Positions 9,331 to 18,182 of a stretch of DNA of 47,354 nucleotides are shown here, in pieces. The position numbers and the translations under genes were made by a program. Source of the stretch: a virus (lineage: Duplodnaviria > Caudoviricetes); IMG/VR virus record IMGVR_UViG_3300009472_000001, positions 1 through 47,354 of that record; one strand, 5' to 3'. Every line of letters starts with the position of its first letter. Position 1 is the stretch's first letter. Under the pieces are notes generated by a model. It did not search any database and was not told the DNA's origin. It worked only from the letters and a program-made list of their open reading frames with translations.

Positions 9331-10136
9331 GTTTGGGCGTCCAATATGGCGCGTCCGATTAGTTCTGGTATTTGGGGTACTACTGAGTTTCCAAGGGATG
9401 CAAGCTGGTCCAGTTCGGCGGGAACCCCATGTGACGCTCCGCCGCTATCGCCGGAACCCTTCCTCCCATTATTTGGTCCCATAAGCGCACGAAGCCTGCG
9501 CTCCACGTCGCCCCTTCCCTTGAGAGGCGACGGGGCAACCCCACGCGGTCCGTAACCCATACGTTGGAATCGTTGATGCATGAGGACAGGACGCCCCCGT
9601 CCGACTTGGTTATTGTAGGCAACAATCCATACTCGCTCCCGTGCTTGATCTCTGCCCAAGGCTGACGCCGGTATGTTTTCCCATTCTGCATCGTACCCGC
9701 ATTCGGCCAAGTCCCCGAGAACTCTGCCAAACCATCCGCCTCGTTTTTCGCTAGGGCCAGAAAGCAGGTTTGCGACGTTCTCCACGATGACGTATCGGGG
9801 TGATAACTCGCCAATAAGTCGCACGATTTCGGACCACAATCCGCTTCTAGTTCCTTCGCCAATGCCAGCTTGCTTACCTGCAACGCTGATGTCTTGACAT
9901 GGGAAACCACCTGTGATGACATCGACGCTAATTCCGTCTCGTTCCAAAATGTCGCCTGTGAGTTTTGTAACATCTTCATAGCAAGGCACCTCCGGCCAAT
10001 GTTTCGCCAATACTTTGCGCGGGAACGGTTCAATCTCGCAGAATGCAACCGTTTCAAACCCGCCCGTTCGTTCAAGTCCAAGGCTAAACCCGCCTATTCC
10101 GCTAAATAGGTCCAACACCCTTAGTTTATCATCCAT
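9327..10136 (-). CDS. C5-cytosine DNA methyltransferase, main (alpha-like) chain
   Basis: LDLFSGIGG (I), GGFPCQDIS (IV), ENV (VI), QARERVWIVA (VIII), LGNSVVPQI (X); no motif IX visible in this frame. Confidence 0.93.
   Translation of the reverse strand: MDDKLRVLDLFSGIGGFSLGLERTGGFETVAFCEIEPFPRKVLAKHWPEVPCYEDVTKLTGDILERDGISVDVITGGFPCQDISVAGKQAGIGEGTRSGLWSEIVRLIGELSPRYVIVENVANLLSGPSEKRGGWFGRVLGDLAECGYDAEWENIPASALGRDQARERVWIVAYNNQVGRGRPVLMHQRFQRMGYGPRGVAPSPLKGRGDVERRLRALMGPNNGRKGSGDSGGASHGVPAELDQLASLGNSVVPQIPELIGRAILDAQT
9380..9922 (-). CDS. Nested alternate-frame ORF: putative beta subunit of the C5 methyltransferase
   Basis: Long open alternate frame (to 10081) inside the MTase, ending in motif IX-like AAERHMGFPPNWT; start codon uncertain. 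Confidence 0.7.
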   Translation of the reverse strand: MSSQVVSHVKTSALQVSKLALAKELEADCGPKSCDLLASYHPDTSSWRTSQTCFLALAKNEADGLAEFSGTWPNAGTMQNGKTYRRQPWAEIKHGSEYGLLPTITKSDGGVLSSCINDSNVWVTDRVGLPRRLSREGATWSAGFVRLWDQIMGGRVPAIAAERHMGFPPNWTSLHPLETQ

Positions 10137-12750
10137 TCTCAAAACCCTCCATGTCCCATCCATCCGCAACCACAACATCATCCAGCCCCAAAGCCGCCAA
10201 TGGGATGCTAGTGGCGCGCGTCTTTACACCCGGCCCGAAATACGTTTGGCCAACACCCTCTGCGCCTTCATAGTCGCCTAGTGTCCGTTTCCATACGCCC
10301 CACGGTGTATCGTTCAATATACGCTTGAGAGGTGACGCCGTGTTACTAATCACGATCCTATCGCCGTCAACCTTAACGCCAACGCCGCCAAGACCCCTAG
10401 CCGCATCATCACTACCAAGCGCGCCCGGTGTACTTGCGCGCCAGATCAATTCGCCAATGCTGCTTTCACGCCCCATACCGTCATGATCGTATCGAACACG
10501 CGCGGCCATGATGTGTTGAACGAGAGCATCAGCATCGCTACCACCGCCCGTCAACTCCGACCAGTTCCAATCCTGATTGCTCACCCATTCATCAACAAAA
10601 TCATACGTTACCCGCTTGTCAGATACCAGAGAGTACGCACCCGCAAGCAATGTGCCAACCTGATCACCCGCGCGCTTGCTTCCTAGCTTCTTGCTGAACA
10701 CGCTGATGAACACGCTGATATTAGCAAGCAGTACATTAAGATTAGCGACAGTTCGCGCCAATAGTCGGTGCGGAAAGTCATCCGTTATCACCGTGTCAAT
10801 ATCAGATAGTAGGCGTTTATAATGGGCCTCGCTGTCTGGCTTATTGTTCGGCTCCAATTCAAGCATCGACCATCTATCGGCGTCCGCACCTTGATCAATT
10901 CGCGGGTTGATTGCCCCGAAACATGCAGCCGACCGCGCTACATATGTTGCATTTGCGTTCTCTACCACGGCCCCAGATGATGCGTTTCGGAAATACTCAA
11001 GGATCAATTGCAATTGCGCCCGACGTTGTGCGCTCTCTGCTTCTGCCTCATCCATAATGAAAGGACGGCTAGATGCCCCCAACGCCTTGCGGATACCGGG
11101 TTCAGTTGTGCCGCCGTCACGCTTTACAGCAATACCCTTTAGCGCGTCCCTGACGATCTTATCCATCACGGTTGATTTGCCGCTACCCTTGCGCCCCGTC
11201 ACAAAAATATGAGGACGCCAATCAACGCAACCACCGACCGCGCTGATAACCACCCAGCCCGCCAAGAAGTCACCATATTGCGGCTTTTTCCATGTCAGGT
11301 TACCGCATATATCGCGGAATTTAGACGCCTCTGCATTTGATAGCGGCATGGCTTCCATGTCGATTACACGTTGGCCAGCTTCATATACATAGTCGCCGTC
11401 GTATTCGCTGGGGTGGCATTTTACGCCCTCGCCAACAATTACATCGCCGCAGTTGACCAATAGAGCCTTGCCGTCACGCCACACGCCAACGCCCCTTGCA
11501 TTCTCTACGCTGAATATACCACGATTGTGGCACTCTGCGATTAGATCGGCACTGGCATATTCGCATATCGTGCCCATCTTTTCCTCCGGTGCGTACATCC
11601 GTTCCCAAAAACCACGCCGCGCAAGTTGGAATAGGTTCTGCGGCCTACCTAATGACGTGGCGCTGAACTCCATTATCTGCCCTGTTGACCTTGGAAAGAA
11701 ATAGTAAGCGCCCCGATTGTGACCCAATGGCCGGATCTCACCCCATGGGTCAACGTCTATCACGTCGCCATCATCGTCGCCGTAGTCTGGTTCCCATTGG
11801 TCGCCACTGTCATCAGGTTGCGTGGCGATTGCAACAGGTGCGGACAATAGCGCATCACGTACCGCGTCAATTCCGTCCATAATATGCACGTCGTTCCAGT
11901 CACTCACCCCAGCCGCATCAGGCGGCAACAGGACTTGCGCGCCACCAATAGCGACCGCAGCTTGTCCAGCCTTATCGCGGCCGATATTGAGCGGTTGCCC
12001 CTTGCCGTCCGTCGCCTCATGATCGTTATCGCCAGCAATGACAATCCGCGCGTCTGGATACTTGGCACGGATAGCAACAGCAACCGCCTTTAAGTTGGCC
12101 GCATTGAATGATGCAATGACGCTCCACCCCGTCGCCATCGACACGCTTGCCGCAGTGCTGACGCCCTCGCAGATGGCGATTGTATCCATGCTGCCCTTGA
12201 TGCTGAAATACCCGCCCATATGGTCACTGCCCTTTAGGAACAGCTTGAACCCGTCCGGCATGATCTGTTGCACCGCGACCATAACGCCATCACGCCAAAT
12301 AGGCACCACTACATTGCCGCCATCATATCGAACACCACGCAGCACCACACCCTTACGTTCAAGATACGATGATGTTCCAGTACGATCCGACCTTGCCCAA
12401 ATAGTAGCAGCTTCGGCTTGCGCAGCAATCCCGTCTTCTTTGCGTTGTTCCTCGCGGCGTTTCTTACTTGCCGCTAACCTTGCCTTGTATTCCGCCTTAT
12501 CATCATCCGACAGTTTGCGTTTAGACTTGCTATGCCAGTTCGTATTTTCACCCGTCCGATGGTTGTAAAACCACCCAAACCCGAAACCATCATCATCAGA
12601 TAATCGGTATGACCCCTTCTTGGTTCGCGGCTTGTCGCCATCCACATGGTAATACCGGGCCGCGTCATCGGCTATGATATCGTCCGCACTGCTAGGACCA
12701 ACCCCCGCATTGCGCATAGCTGTGATAAATTCCTGCACTGTCTCAGACAT
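10129..12750 (-). CDS. DNA primase-helicase (TOPRIM plus P-loop NTPase)
   Basis: ICEGVSTA, IAGDND, DWND TOPRIM motifs; GRKGSGKST and IMDEAE; RBS AAGGAGG. Confidence 0.9.
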   Translation of the reverse strand: MSETVQEFITAMRNAGVGPSSADDIIADDAARYYHVDGDKPRTKKGSYRLSDDDGFGFGWFYNHRTGENTNWHSKSKRKLSDDDKAEYKARLAASKKRREEQRKEDGIAAQAEAATIWARSDRTGTSSYLERKGVVLRGVRYDGGNVVVPIWRDGVMVAVQQIMPDGFKLFLKGSDHMGGYFSIKGSMDTIAICEGVSTAASVSMATGWSVIASFNAANLKAVAVAIRAKYPDARIVIAGDNDHEATDGKGQPLNIGRDKAGQAAVAIGGAQVLLPPDAAGVSDWNDVHIMDGIDAVRDALLSAPVAIATQPDDSGDQWEPDYGDDDGDVIDVDPWGEIRPLGHNRGAYYFFPRSTGQIMEFSATSLGRPQNLFQLARRGFWERMYAPEEKMGTICEYASADLIAECHNRGIFSVENARGVGVWRDGKALLVNCGDVIVGEGVKCHPSEYDGDYVYEAGQRVIDMEAMPLSNAEASKFRDICGNLTWKKPQYGDFLAGWVVISAVGGCVDWRPHIFVTGRKGSGKSTVMDKIVRDALKGIAVKRDGGTTEPGIRKALGASSRPFIMDEAEAESAQRRAQLQLILEYFRNASSGAVVENANATYVARSAACFGAINPRIDQGADADRWSMLELEPNNKPDSEAHYKRLLSDIDTVITDDFPHRLLARTVANLNVLLANISVFISVFSKKLGSKRAGDQVGTLLAGAYSLVSDKRVTYDFVDEWVSNQDWNWSELTGGGSDADALVQHIMAARVRYDHDGMGRESSIGELIWRASTPGALGSDDAARGLGGVGVKVDGDRIVISNTASPLKRILNDTPWGVWKRTLGDYEGAEGVGQTYFGPGVKTRATSIPLAALGLDDVVVADGWDMEGFENG

Positions 12751-12816
12751 GCGCGGCCTCCTTTATATGTCGCTCAGATACCATTAAAGCATTGGTTTGG
12801 CGGTGTCAACCAAGCA

Positions 12817-13185
12817 CAACGCAACCTACGCAACCTTTCGATTGTTTGTTTTCAATGGGTTATGCTTGAGGTTGCAGGTTGCACAATAAAATAGGGGGGG
12901 GCTAATGCGCGCGTATGTGCGCGTGTGGGCGGGCGGGCGCGTATAGGCACTATGTTTTATTCAAAACGGCACATCCTGCAACCTTTTATTATTATTTTTT
13001 TGAGTAGAAGAAGAAGAAGAAGAAGGTACGGCTATGAAAATAAGGCGGTTTGGCGCTTTGTTTGCTGTTATTACTTTATTACAATTAAAGGTTGCGTTGC
13101 GGGTTGCGTTGGGTTGCGTAGGTGAAATTGCGCAACCTCGAATGATGTTTTTGTTTGTTTTCAATTGGTTAATGAGGTTGCGTTG
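12817..13185. other. Putative replication origin
   Basis: Non-coding strand-switch region with about 10 GGTTGC(G/A)/(C/T)GCAACC repeats, an AT-rich core and an (AGA)n tract next to the primase gene. Confidence 0.65.
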
Positions 13186-13250
13186 GTTTTTGGTTGATTT
13201 TATAGCTTGCGGTGTTATCTAATCATAACAACCAAAAAGGAGTTATGAAA

Positions 13251-13475
13251 ATGCAGTTCGATATAATTAAGGCAGGTAGCTATGATCTGGACGGGTCTGA
13301 TGATCGCGTTTCTTGGCCATGGAGCAAAATGCAAGTCGGCGATAAGGTTGATATTCCGTCAAATCTATTAACTCGTGCCCAAACAGCTTGCCACGTTTAT
13401 GGCCACGCGCGGGGTATGAAGTTCAAAACACGAAAACAGACAACCGGGGAACTCACGGTCACGCGTCTAAAATAA
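13251..13475 (+). CDS. Small hypothetical (possibly DNA-binding) protein
   Basis: RBS AAGGAG; WPWSKMQVGD...GMKFKTRK...VTRL pattern. Confidence 0.75.
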   Translation: MQFDIIKAGSYDLDGSDDRVSWPWSKMQVGDKVDIPSNLLTRAQTACHVYGHARGMKFKTRKQTTGELTVTRLK

Positions 13476-13478
13476 CGA

Positions 13479-13508
13479 TTGACACCCCCACGCCGCGTCA
13501 AGTAGTGT
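13479..13508 (+). promoter_or_regulatory. Sigma70-like promoter
   Basis: TTGACA-N18-TAGTGT upstream of AAGGAG RBS. Confidence 0.55.
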
Positions 13509-13533
13509 GGGGCAGGATAAAGGAGATACGGAT

Positions 13534-13722
13534 ATGTTTAAGAATGCTTTGTGGAATGTAAGTGGCGACGTGCCATTTAATGAAAGCAAGTTTCCGATTT
13601 CGATCAAGGTATCAGGATCGGACGACACAATGATTTGCAATACGCCTGATGATGTACCGCGCGGTGTGGATTTTGCATTGATTGGTACGTGCATCACAAT
13701 ATTGAAGGATCAGGCGACATGA
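13534..13722 (+). CDS. Hypothetical protein
   Basis: RBS AAGGAG; ATGA overlap with next gene. Confidence 0.65.
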   Translation: MFKNALWNVSGDVPFNESKFPISIKVSGSDDTMICNTPDDVPRGVDFALIGTCITILKDQAT

Positions 13723-13907
13723 CAATGAATGACGCATGGATGGAATATAAGGGCGACTTTAACGCCATGACTGACGCAGAGATTGACAGTGAGACAGAAC
13801 AAGCGAAAACTCTAATAGACGAAAACGAAAGCTGGGTTGATGCGGTTGCATCTTGGAAGGTCGCTGGTAAACCAAGAACGGAGGACGGAACACATGACAA
13901 TGATTGA
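13719..13907 (+). CDS. Hypothetical acidic protein
   Basis: Coupled ORF in plus-strand operon. Confidence 0.65.
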   Translation: MTMNDAWMEYKGDFNAMTDAEIDSETEQAKTLIDENESWVDAVASWKVAGKPRTEDGTHDND

Positions 13908-14229
13908 CGACATCAAGCGGGATCGTGAGGCGGGTACGGATGGGCCGTGGTCCAAACCTTTAATAAAGTGCGCATGGCTAGGAGGTCAGAAAAGTCTTAT
14001 GAGCGATAACCCGCACCTCATGCCATATATCATTTCCGCAATCCACGATGGGACGGTTGATGTAGACGCCCGCCGCGTCGCCCGCGTCCCCGACATGGAA
14101 GCCGCGCTGATTGCGGCGGAAGAGATGGCAAATGGCGCAGAGGGAAACGTCGAGCGTGACGGTATTGTTTATGCTCAGGTTCCTGTCCATCTGATTGCCG
14201 CCTACCGCGCCGCGACAGGTGCATCATGA
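13894..14229 (+). CDS. Hypothetical phage protein
   Basis: GTDGPW...DARRVARVPDM pattern common in small phage proteins; GGAGG RBS. Confidence 0.7.
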   Translation: MTMIDDIKRDREAGTDGPWSKPLIKCAWLGGQKSLMSDNPHLMPYIISAIHDGTVDVDARRVARVPDMEAALIAAEEMANGAEGNVERDGIVYAQVPVHLIAAYRAATGAS

Positions 14230-14363
14230 GCCACGCGGAAACACTATGGATGGCGTTTGCATTTATGACAGTTATCCTGAACACGCTAAATGGCGGGTTT
14301 ATAGCGGCGGTTTGGAATGCAATCATTATTCTGATAGCTTTCATGGTTGGTGCATCGCCATAA
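14226..14363 (+). CDS. Small membrane protein (45 aa; not in ORF track)
   Basis: MSHAETLWMAFAFMTVILNTLNGGFIAAVWNAIIILIAFMVGASP; ATGA overlap. Confidence 0.55.
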   Translation: MSHAETLWMAFAFMTVILNTLNGGFIAAVWNAIIILIAFMVGASP

Positions 14364-14525
14364 TCACACGCCACACCAACGGACACCCACCACCAGACGC
14401 CAACTAGGCGCATTGGTAGGCAACCCTACCTGACAGCGTAACGATAGGGCTGTACGGTAAATAAATGTAACTGCAAATGCGAACCATTCGCAACAATAAA
14501 GCTAGAAAATGTAAAGGAGTTTAAC

Positions 14526-15014
14526 ATGGAACTGAAAACACTGCAAGACTGGGACGCTAAACCGGGCGATGTGTTTGGTCGAGGAACTATGTCATTTACC
14601 ATTGACCGACTGGATGGAGAAGATGCAATTGGTAAAACTAAATATCGCGGAGGTATGATTAAGTTTGGCGATAATTGGATGCTGGAAGGTACTAAATCAT
14701 GGCACCTAATCTCACGCGCAACACCAACGGTTGACCTGACCGCCATCACAACACCGTTCGGATTGCTTGACGCTGATACAAAAAAGGCGTTGCGGGAGTA
14801 TACAGGGCAGATTGAGGTATGGATTGTTGATGGATGGACAACTTCAGTTTACCCTGCATGAGTAGGGTCTTTGGCATATCGCGCCAGATCAACGCCAACC
14901 GTCAAGACGTTCACGCAACGGGTCTGGCTGTACGATCTACAATGCCAAGCAACCATCACAGGGCAAGTGCAAGACGGCAAGCTGGTTGGCGATGTTGAAA
15001 TAGTGGTTGACTAG
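14526..15014 (+). pseudogene. Mosaic-family protein interrupted by one in-frame TGA (14859-14861)
   Basis: Frame stays open 50 codons past the TGA (YPA*VGSLAYRAR...VEIVVD*); paralog 44902-45477 has a matching AYR motif. Confidence 0.55.
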
Positions 15015-15105
15015 GAGCGCATGGTTGGCGTAGTGTCTATTTAACGGCAATGACGCCAACCACATGGTCCGCGTCATATGCGGATGTATTTGAAGGGATG
15101 ATACG

Positions 15106-15207
15106 ATGAAGAACGAACCCAAACAACCACACGGCAACGGCTTGGGTATTGCGATAATCGGGAGCGTTGTGTTCTGGTTGTGTCTGGCTGTGGGAGTGAT
15201 GCTATGA
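15106..15207 (+). CDS. Small membrane peptide (33 aa)
   Basis: MKNEPKQPHGNGLGIAIIGSVVFWLCLAVGVML; ATGA overlap downstream. Confidence 0.5.
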   Translation: MKNEPKQPHGNGLGIAIIGSVVFWLCLAVGVML

Positions 15208-15335
15208 CCGCTCGCCAGATCATCGAGGCCCGCATAGGCCGCAAGCTGCCCGACCCTGCCGACATGGCACCGGACGAACGCAAGGCGGTTAAGCTGCTGG
15301 CTATCCAGCTTATCAAGGCAAAGGAAACATCATGA
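15204..15335 (+). CDS. Small hypothetical protein (43 aa)
   Basis: MTARQIIEARIGRKLPDP...; GGAG RBS, overlaps on both sides. Confidence 0.55.
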   Translation: MTARQIIEARIGRKLPDPADMAPDERKAVKLLAIQLIKAKETS

Positions 15336-15709
15336 CCACACCAGACGAACAGACGGTAGAGCGGGTGGCTAAGGCTATCAACGGACCGCATGACGCGACC
15401 TACATTGGCGCTGAAAAACTGCGTGAATTGCAGGACTACCGCTGGAACCATAAAACGCACAAATCTGAAAAGGCATCCGCGTTGAACCAAGCCCGCGCCG
15501 CCCTATCAGCCATGCCCGACACCAAGGCGCTAGACTGGGCCGTGGAAAAGTGGCGCGACGAAGTTCAGAACCGACCATTGCAAAACGTGCATCGCAGGAC
15601 ATTGGACGACACATGGCGAACCGTCATGCGTAAATTCGGAGGCGATCCTGACATCCTTGTAGGCCCATCGCATGATGACCTTCTCACAGCACGGGAACCC
15701 AAGGCATGA
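15332..15709 (+). CDS. Hypothetical protein
   Basis: 125 aa with RBS; VERVAKAI...QARAAL pattern. Confidence 0.75.
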   Translation: MTTPDEQTVERVAKAINGPHDATYIGAEKLRELQDYRWNHKTHKSEKASALNQARAALSAMPDTKALDWAVEKWRDEVQNRPLQNVHRRTLDDTWRTVMRKFGGDPDILVGPSHDDLLTAREPKA

Positions 15710-16023
15710 CCTACACCCCCGAACAGATAGCCCAGCACATCGCGCAACGTGTCGCAGCGGTTGGCGAGGAAAAAGGCGTGCGGATCATCCGGCAGTTGGT
15801 GGCGGAGCGGGACGACGATCCCGTTTGTAGATGCGGCCAGAAATTATCCAAGAACCCACATCCGGATTGCGGTAAGCCTTTCACCCTCTTGGAGGCTGGC
15901 CCTGTTTGGGTCTGCATCCCGTGTCAAAGCAGTAAACTGCACGCATGGTGTGAACGCGCCCTTGCCGCAGAAAGCAAAATCGCCGCCATATCCACACAGG
16001 AGAAAGTCAATGATGTGCTTTAA
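15706..16023 (+). CDS. Hypothetical Cys-rich protein
   Basis: CRCG, CG, CIPC motifs; coupled ORF. Confidence 0.65.
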   Translation: MTYTPEQIAQHIAQRVAAVGEEKGVRIIRQLVAERDDDPVCRCGQKLSKNPHPDCGKPFTLLEAGPVWVCIPCQSSKLHAWCERALAAESKIAAISTQEKVNDVL

Positions 16024-16201
16024 GGATATGTCGTTTTGCGGTTCAGATTGCACCTATGAAACGTGTCGCCGCCACTTTGGAGAAGCCGAAAAGAGGGCGG
16101 CTGAAAGGTGGTGGGGCGGGCCTGACGCACCCGTCGCATTCACGGACCTTCGCGATGGCTGCCCCGATTATACCACACAGGAGAAAGTCCATGAAGGCTG
16201 A
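16010..16201 (+). CDS. Hypothetical Cys-containing protein
   Basis: MCFKDMSFCGSDC...CRRH; AGGAG RBS. Confidence 0.7.
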   Translation: MMCFKDMSFCGSDCTYETCRRHFGEAEKRAAERWWGGPDAPVAFTDLRDGCPDYTTQEKVHEG

Positions 16202-16403
16202 TATGCTACTTCCAGTAACCGTGCGAAACCAGCCCATTTGGTTTGCGTTCCAGCCAGACGGGGTGCTACGCGATAAAGTCCGTCGCGCCGTATCCATGGG
16301 TGTCGTCAAGGTAATCGCGGGGCCTGAGCAATGCCATCTGATCGTCGATGTTAAACGTCCGTACTATAAACCTGTTGCAACACAGGACAAAGCCCATGAC
16401 TGA
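16191..16403 (+). CDS. Hypothetical protein
   Basis: AGGAG RBS; coupled ORF. Confidence 0.6.
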   Translation: MKADMLLPVTVRNQPIWFAFQPDGVLRDKVRRAVSMGVVKVIAGPEQCHLIVDVKRPYYKPVATQDKAHD

Positions 16404-16836
16404 CCTACGCGAAAAGCTGGCGGACGTAGCTGAGGTTGCAATCGACAACGTGCATGACATGGATGTGACGCTTCGAGACTACGCCGAGGCCGCTGCCGAC
16501 GTAATCATCGCAGCCCTGCCGGATATGGTGATGCCGCTGGTTTGGGAAAAAGCCGACGAGCGCCATTTCGATAAAGGCCACTGCCATGGTTACACGGAAG
16601 AAATTGCGTATCTAGCGCCATTGGATTGGTACAGGATTTACCCTGCATCGGACGGAAAGTGGCGTTGGGTCCGGCAATTCAGGATGACTTATATCGAAGG
16701 TAATAATTCAAAAGAGCCTGAACCAGATAGTGCCGAATCCGCCAAAGCCGCTGCACAAGCGCACTACGTCGCGGCATCGCTTGAACCGTTCGGCCTAACC
16801 CACCCACTACGCCAAGGAGGCAATGAATATGACTGA
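16396..16836 (+). CDS. Hypothetical protein
   Basis: PLVWE...AKAAAQAHY pattern; AGGA RBS. Confidence 0.7.
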   Translation: MTDLREKLADVAEVAIDNVHDMDVTLRDYAEAAADVIIAALPDMVMPLVWEKADERHFDKGHCHGYTEEIAYLAPLDWYRIYPASDGKWRWVRQFRMTYIEGNNSKEPEPDSAESAKAAAQAHYVAASLEPFGLTHPLRQGGNEYD

Positions 16837-17077
16837 CACAGACCCACGCTGCGCCAAATGTGGACACAAGCGCAGCCAGCATCATTACCGCCACCCTTTT
16901 GTAGGACCGTCAGTGCAAACCACCATCGCCGCCCAAGCCGACACGATCAAGGCGTTGGTGGAGGCCATTCGACAGTTAAGGGATAGAAACAATAACAAGG
17001 GCGGACTTAGGGATACGGTCGTACAGTTTATCTGCCGGAGCGCCTTGAAGAAAGCCGCAGCAAAGGAGACGACATGA
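16823..17077 (+). CDS. Hypothetical protein with CxxCxH motif
   Basis: CAKCGHKRSQH; AGGAGG RBS. Confidence 0.6.
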   Translation: MNMTDTDPRCAKCGHKRSQHHYRHPFVGPSVQTTIAAQADTIKALVEAIRQLRDRNNNKGGLRDTVVQFICRSALKKAAAKETT

Positions 17078-17322
17078 CAGACGCAGCGGGCAGGATAACC
17101 TGCATACACATGACTGCCGAGATGGCGGCAAACTGTCGGACATGCAACCCAATTCAAGTGAGCATCCGCGCTGATCTAGCCCGCCCTATGACGGCAGCAG
17201 AGGCGGCGCGGCGTTTGATTGACGAGATTAACCGCCCCGCCACGCATGAAGAAAAGCCCGATTGGCGCTATCTGTCACGCTTGGACATGACCAGCCTTCG
17301 CGCACTGTCAGAAGGGGGATAG
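17074..17322 (+). CDS. Hypothetical protein
   Basis: AAGGAG RBS, ATGA overlap. Confidence 0.6.
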   Translation: MTDAAGRITCIHMTAEMAANCRTCNPIQVSIRADLARPMTAAEAARRLIDEINRPATHEEKPDWRYLSRLDMTSLRALSEGG

Positions 17323-17381
17323 TGATGGGCGAGCAGTCCTGAATAAACTAAATCCAACTAACCCCACCGAAAGGAAAAGAC

Positions 17382-17591
17382 ATGATTGAATATTCCGAAA
17401 CCAAACCCGGCGACAAACTGCGCGTCACTGGTGCGGGCGCACCGGGGTTCGCTGCGCTAGGCGATACCGTCACCGTCACCAAATGCAATGGCAAGAACCG
17501 CTGCGACGTGGTGCATGACGCAACCGGCGACAGCGCATATTTCGCCCTCACTTGCGGCGCACAGCGTCTTGAGCGCGTCGAGTCCAAATAA
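17382..17591 (+). CDS. Hypothetical small beta-rich protein
   Basis: KPGDKLRV motif; AAGGA RBS. Confidence 0.7.
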   Translation: MIEYSETKPGDKLRVTGAGAPGFAALGDTVTVTKCNGKNRCDVVHDATGDSAYFALTCGAQRLERVESK

Positions 17592-17608
17592 CCCCCGAAA
17601 GGAACGCT

Positions 17609-17809
17609 ATGAAATCGGACATTGTAGAAATATCAGTGCAGTTTCAGCACCAGACTGAAGCCACATTATGTGTTCGCGCCGTCGAAGATGGCCCTGACAT
17701 TTGGGTACCAAAGTCGCGTTGCGAGGTGCTGCAAACTGACCCACGGCGCGGCCATTACATTCTGCTCACCACAGACGAAGCGACGGCGACCGAAAAGGGT
17801 CTCATTTAG
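17609..17809 (+). CDS. Conserved small phage protein
   Basis: HQTEA...WVPKS...ATEKGLI pattern; AAGGA RBS. Confidence 0.75.
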   Translation: MKSDIVEISVQFQHQTEATLCVRAVEDGPDIWVPKSRCEVLQTDPRRGHYILLTTDEATATEKGLI

Positions 17810-17817
17810 TCCATCCA

Positions 17818-17853
17818 TAAAAGCCCGCACCCCAGTTAAGGAGCGCGGGCTAA
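17818..17853. terminator. Terminator hairpin at the convergence of the two transcription arms
   Basis: AGCCCGC...GCGGGCT stem with T run on the minus strand. Confidence 0.65.
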
Positions 17854-17855
17854 CC

Positions 17856-18182
17856 CTACTTAAACTGTGGATCGTCTAGCAACCGCAACAACTCAGCGCG
17901 CATTGCATCACGACCTGCAATCATACCAAGCAATCTCAGGCCGCTATAGATGATCTTGCGCGCGTCATATTCCTGCGTTGTGTCATCCTTTGACCCAATG
18001 CGGAAAAACGCCTTACCTACATCCTTTAGGTGCAATGATAACGCGCCCCACTGGTTAACGGCCTTCCATTCCATAAGGTCATTCCATGTGGTCCATCCGG
18101 TCGGGAAGTCGTAATAGGTGGATGGCCCTCCGTCTGACTTGGTTGGTGGTGTGGCTTGGGGTGGGTATTCTGCTGCGGTCAT
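17856..18182 (-). CDS. DUF3310-like phage protein
   Basis: GGPSTYY...GKAFFRIGSKD...YDARKIIY resembles the DUF3310 pattern. Confidence 0.6.
   Translation of the reverse strand: MTAAEYPPQATPPTKSDGGPSTYYDFPTGWTTWNDLMEWKAVNQWGALSLHLKDVGKAFFRIGSKDDTTQEYDARKIIYSGLRLLGMIAGRDAMRAELLRLLDDPQFK

Noticed and set aside
12817-13185. CRISPR array or coding ORFs in the repeat region
   Set aside because: Repeats are 6-7 bp, in both orientations and irregularly spaced; the ORFs there are low-complexity translations of the repeats
14460-14500. tmRNA resume-like sequence (TAACTGCAAAT, ANANHSQQ) or SAM-II/V riboswitch
   Set aside because: No tRNA-like ends nearby, the tag lacks the hydrophobic AA terminus, and the riboswitch pseudoknot pairing could not be built
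14859-14861. Genome-wide stop codon reassignment
   Set aside because: Core genes are intact in the standard code and TGA, TAA and TAG all serve as ordinary stops; the two interruptions involve different codons
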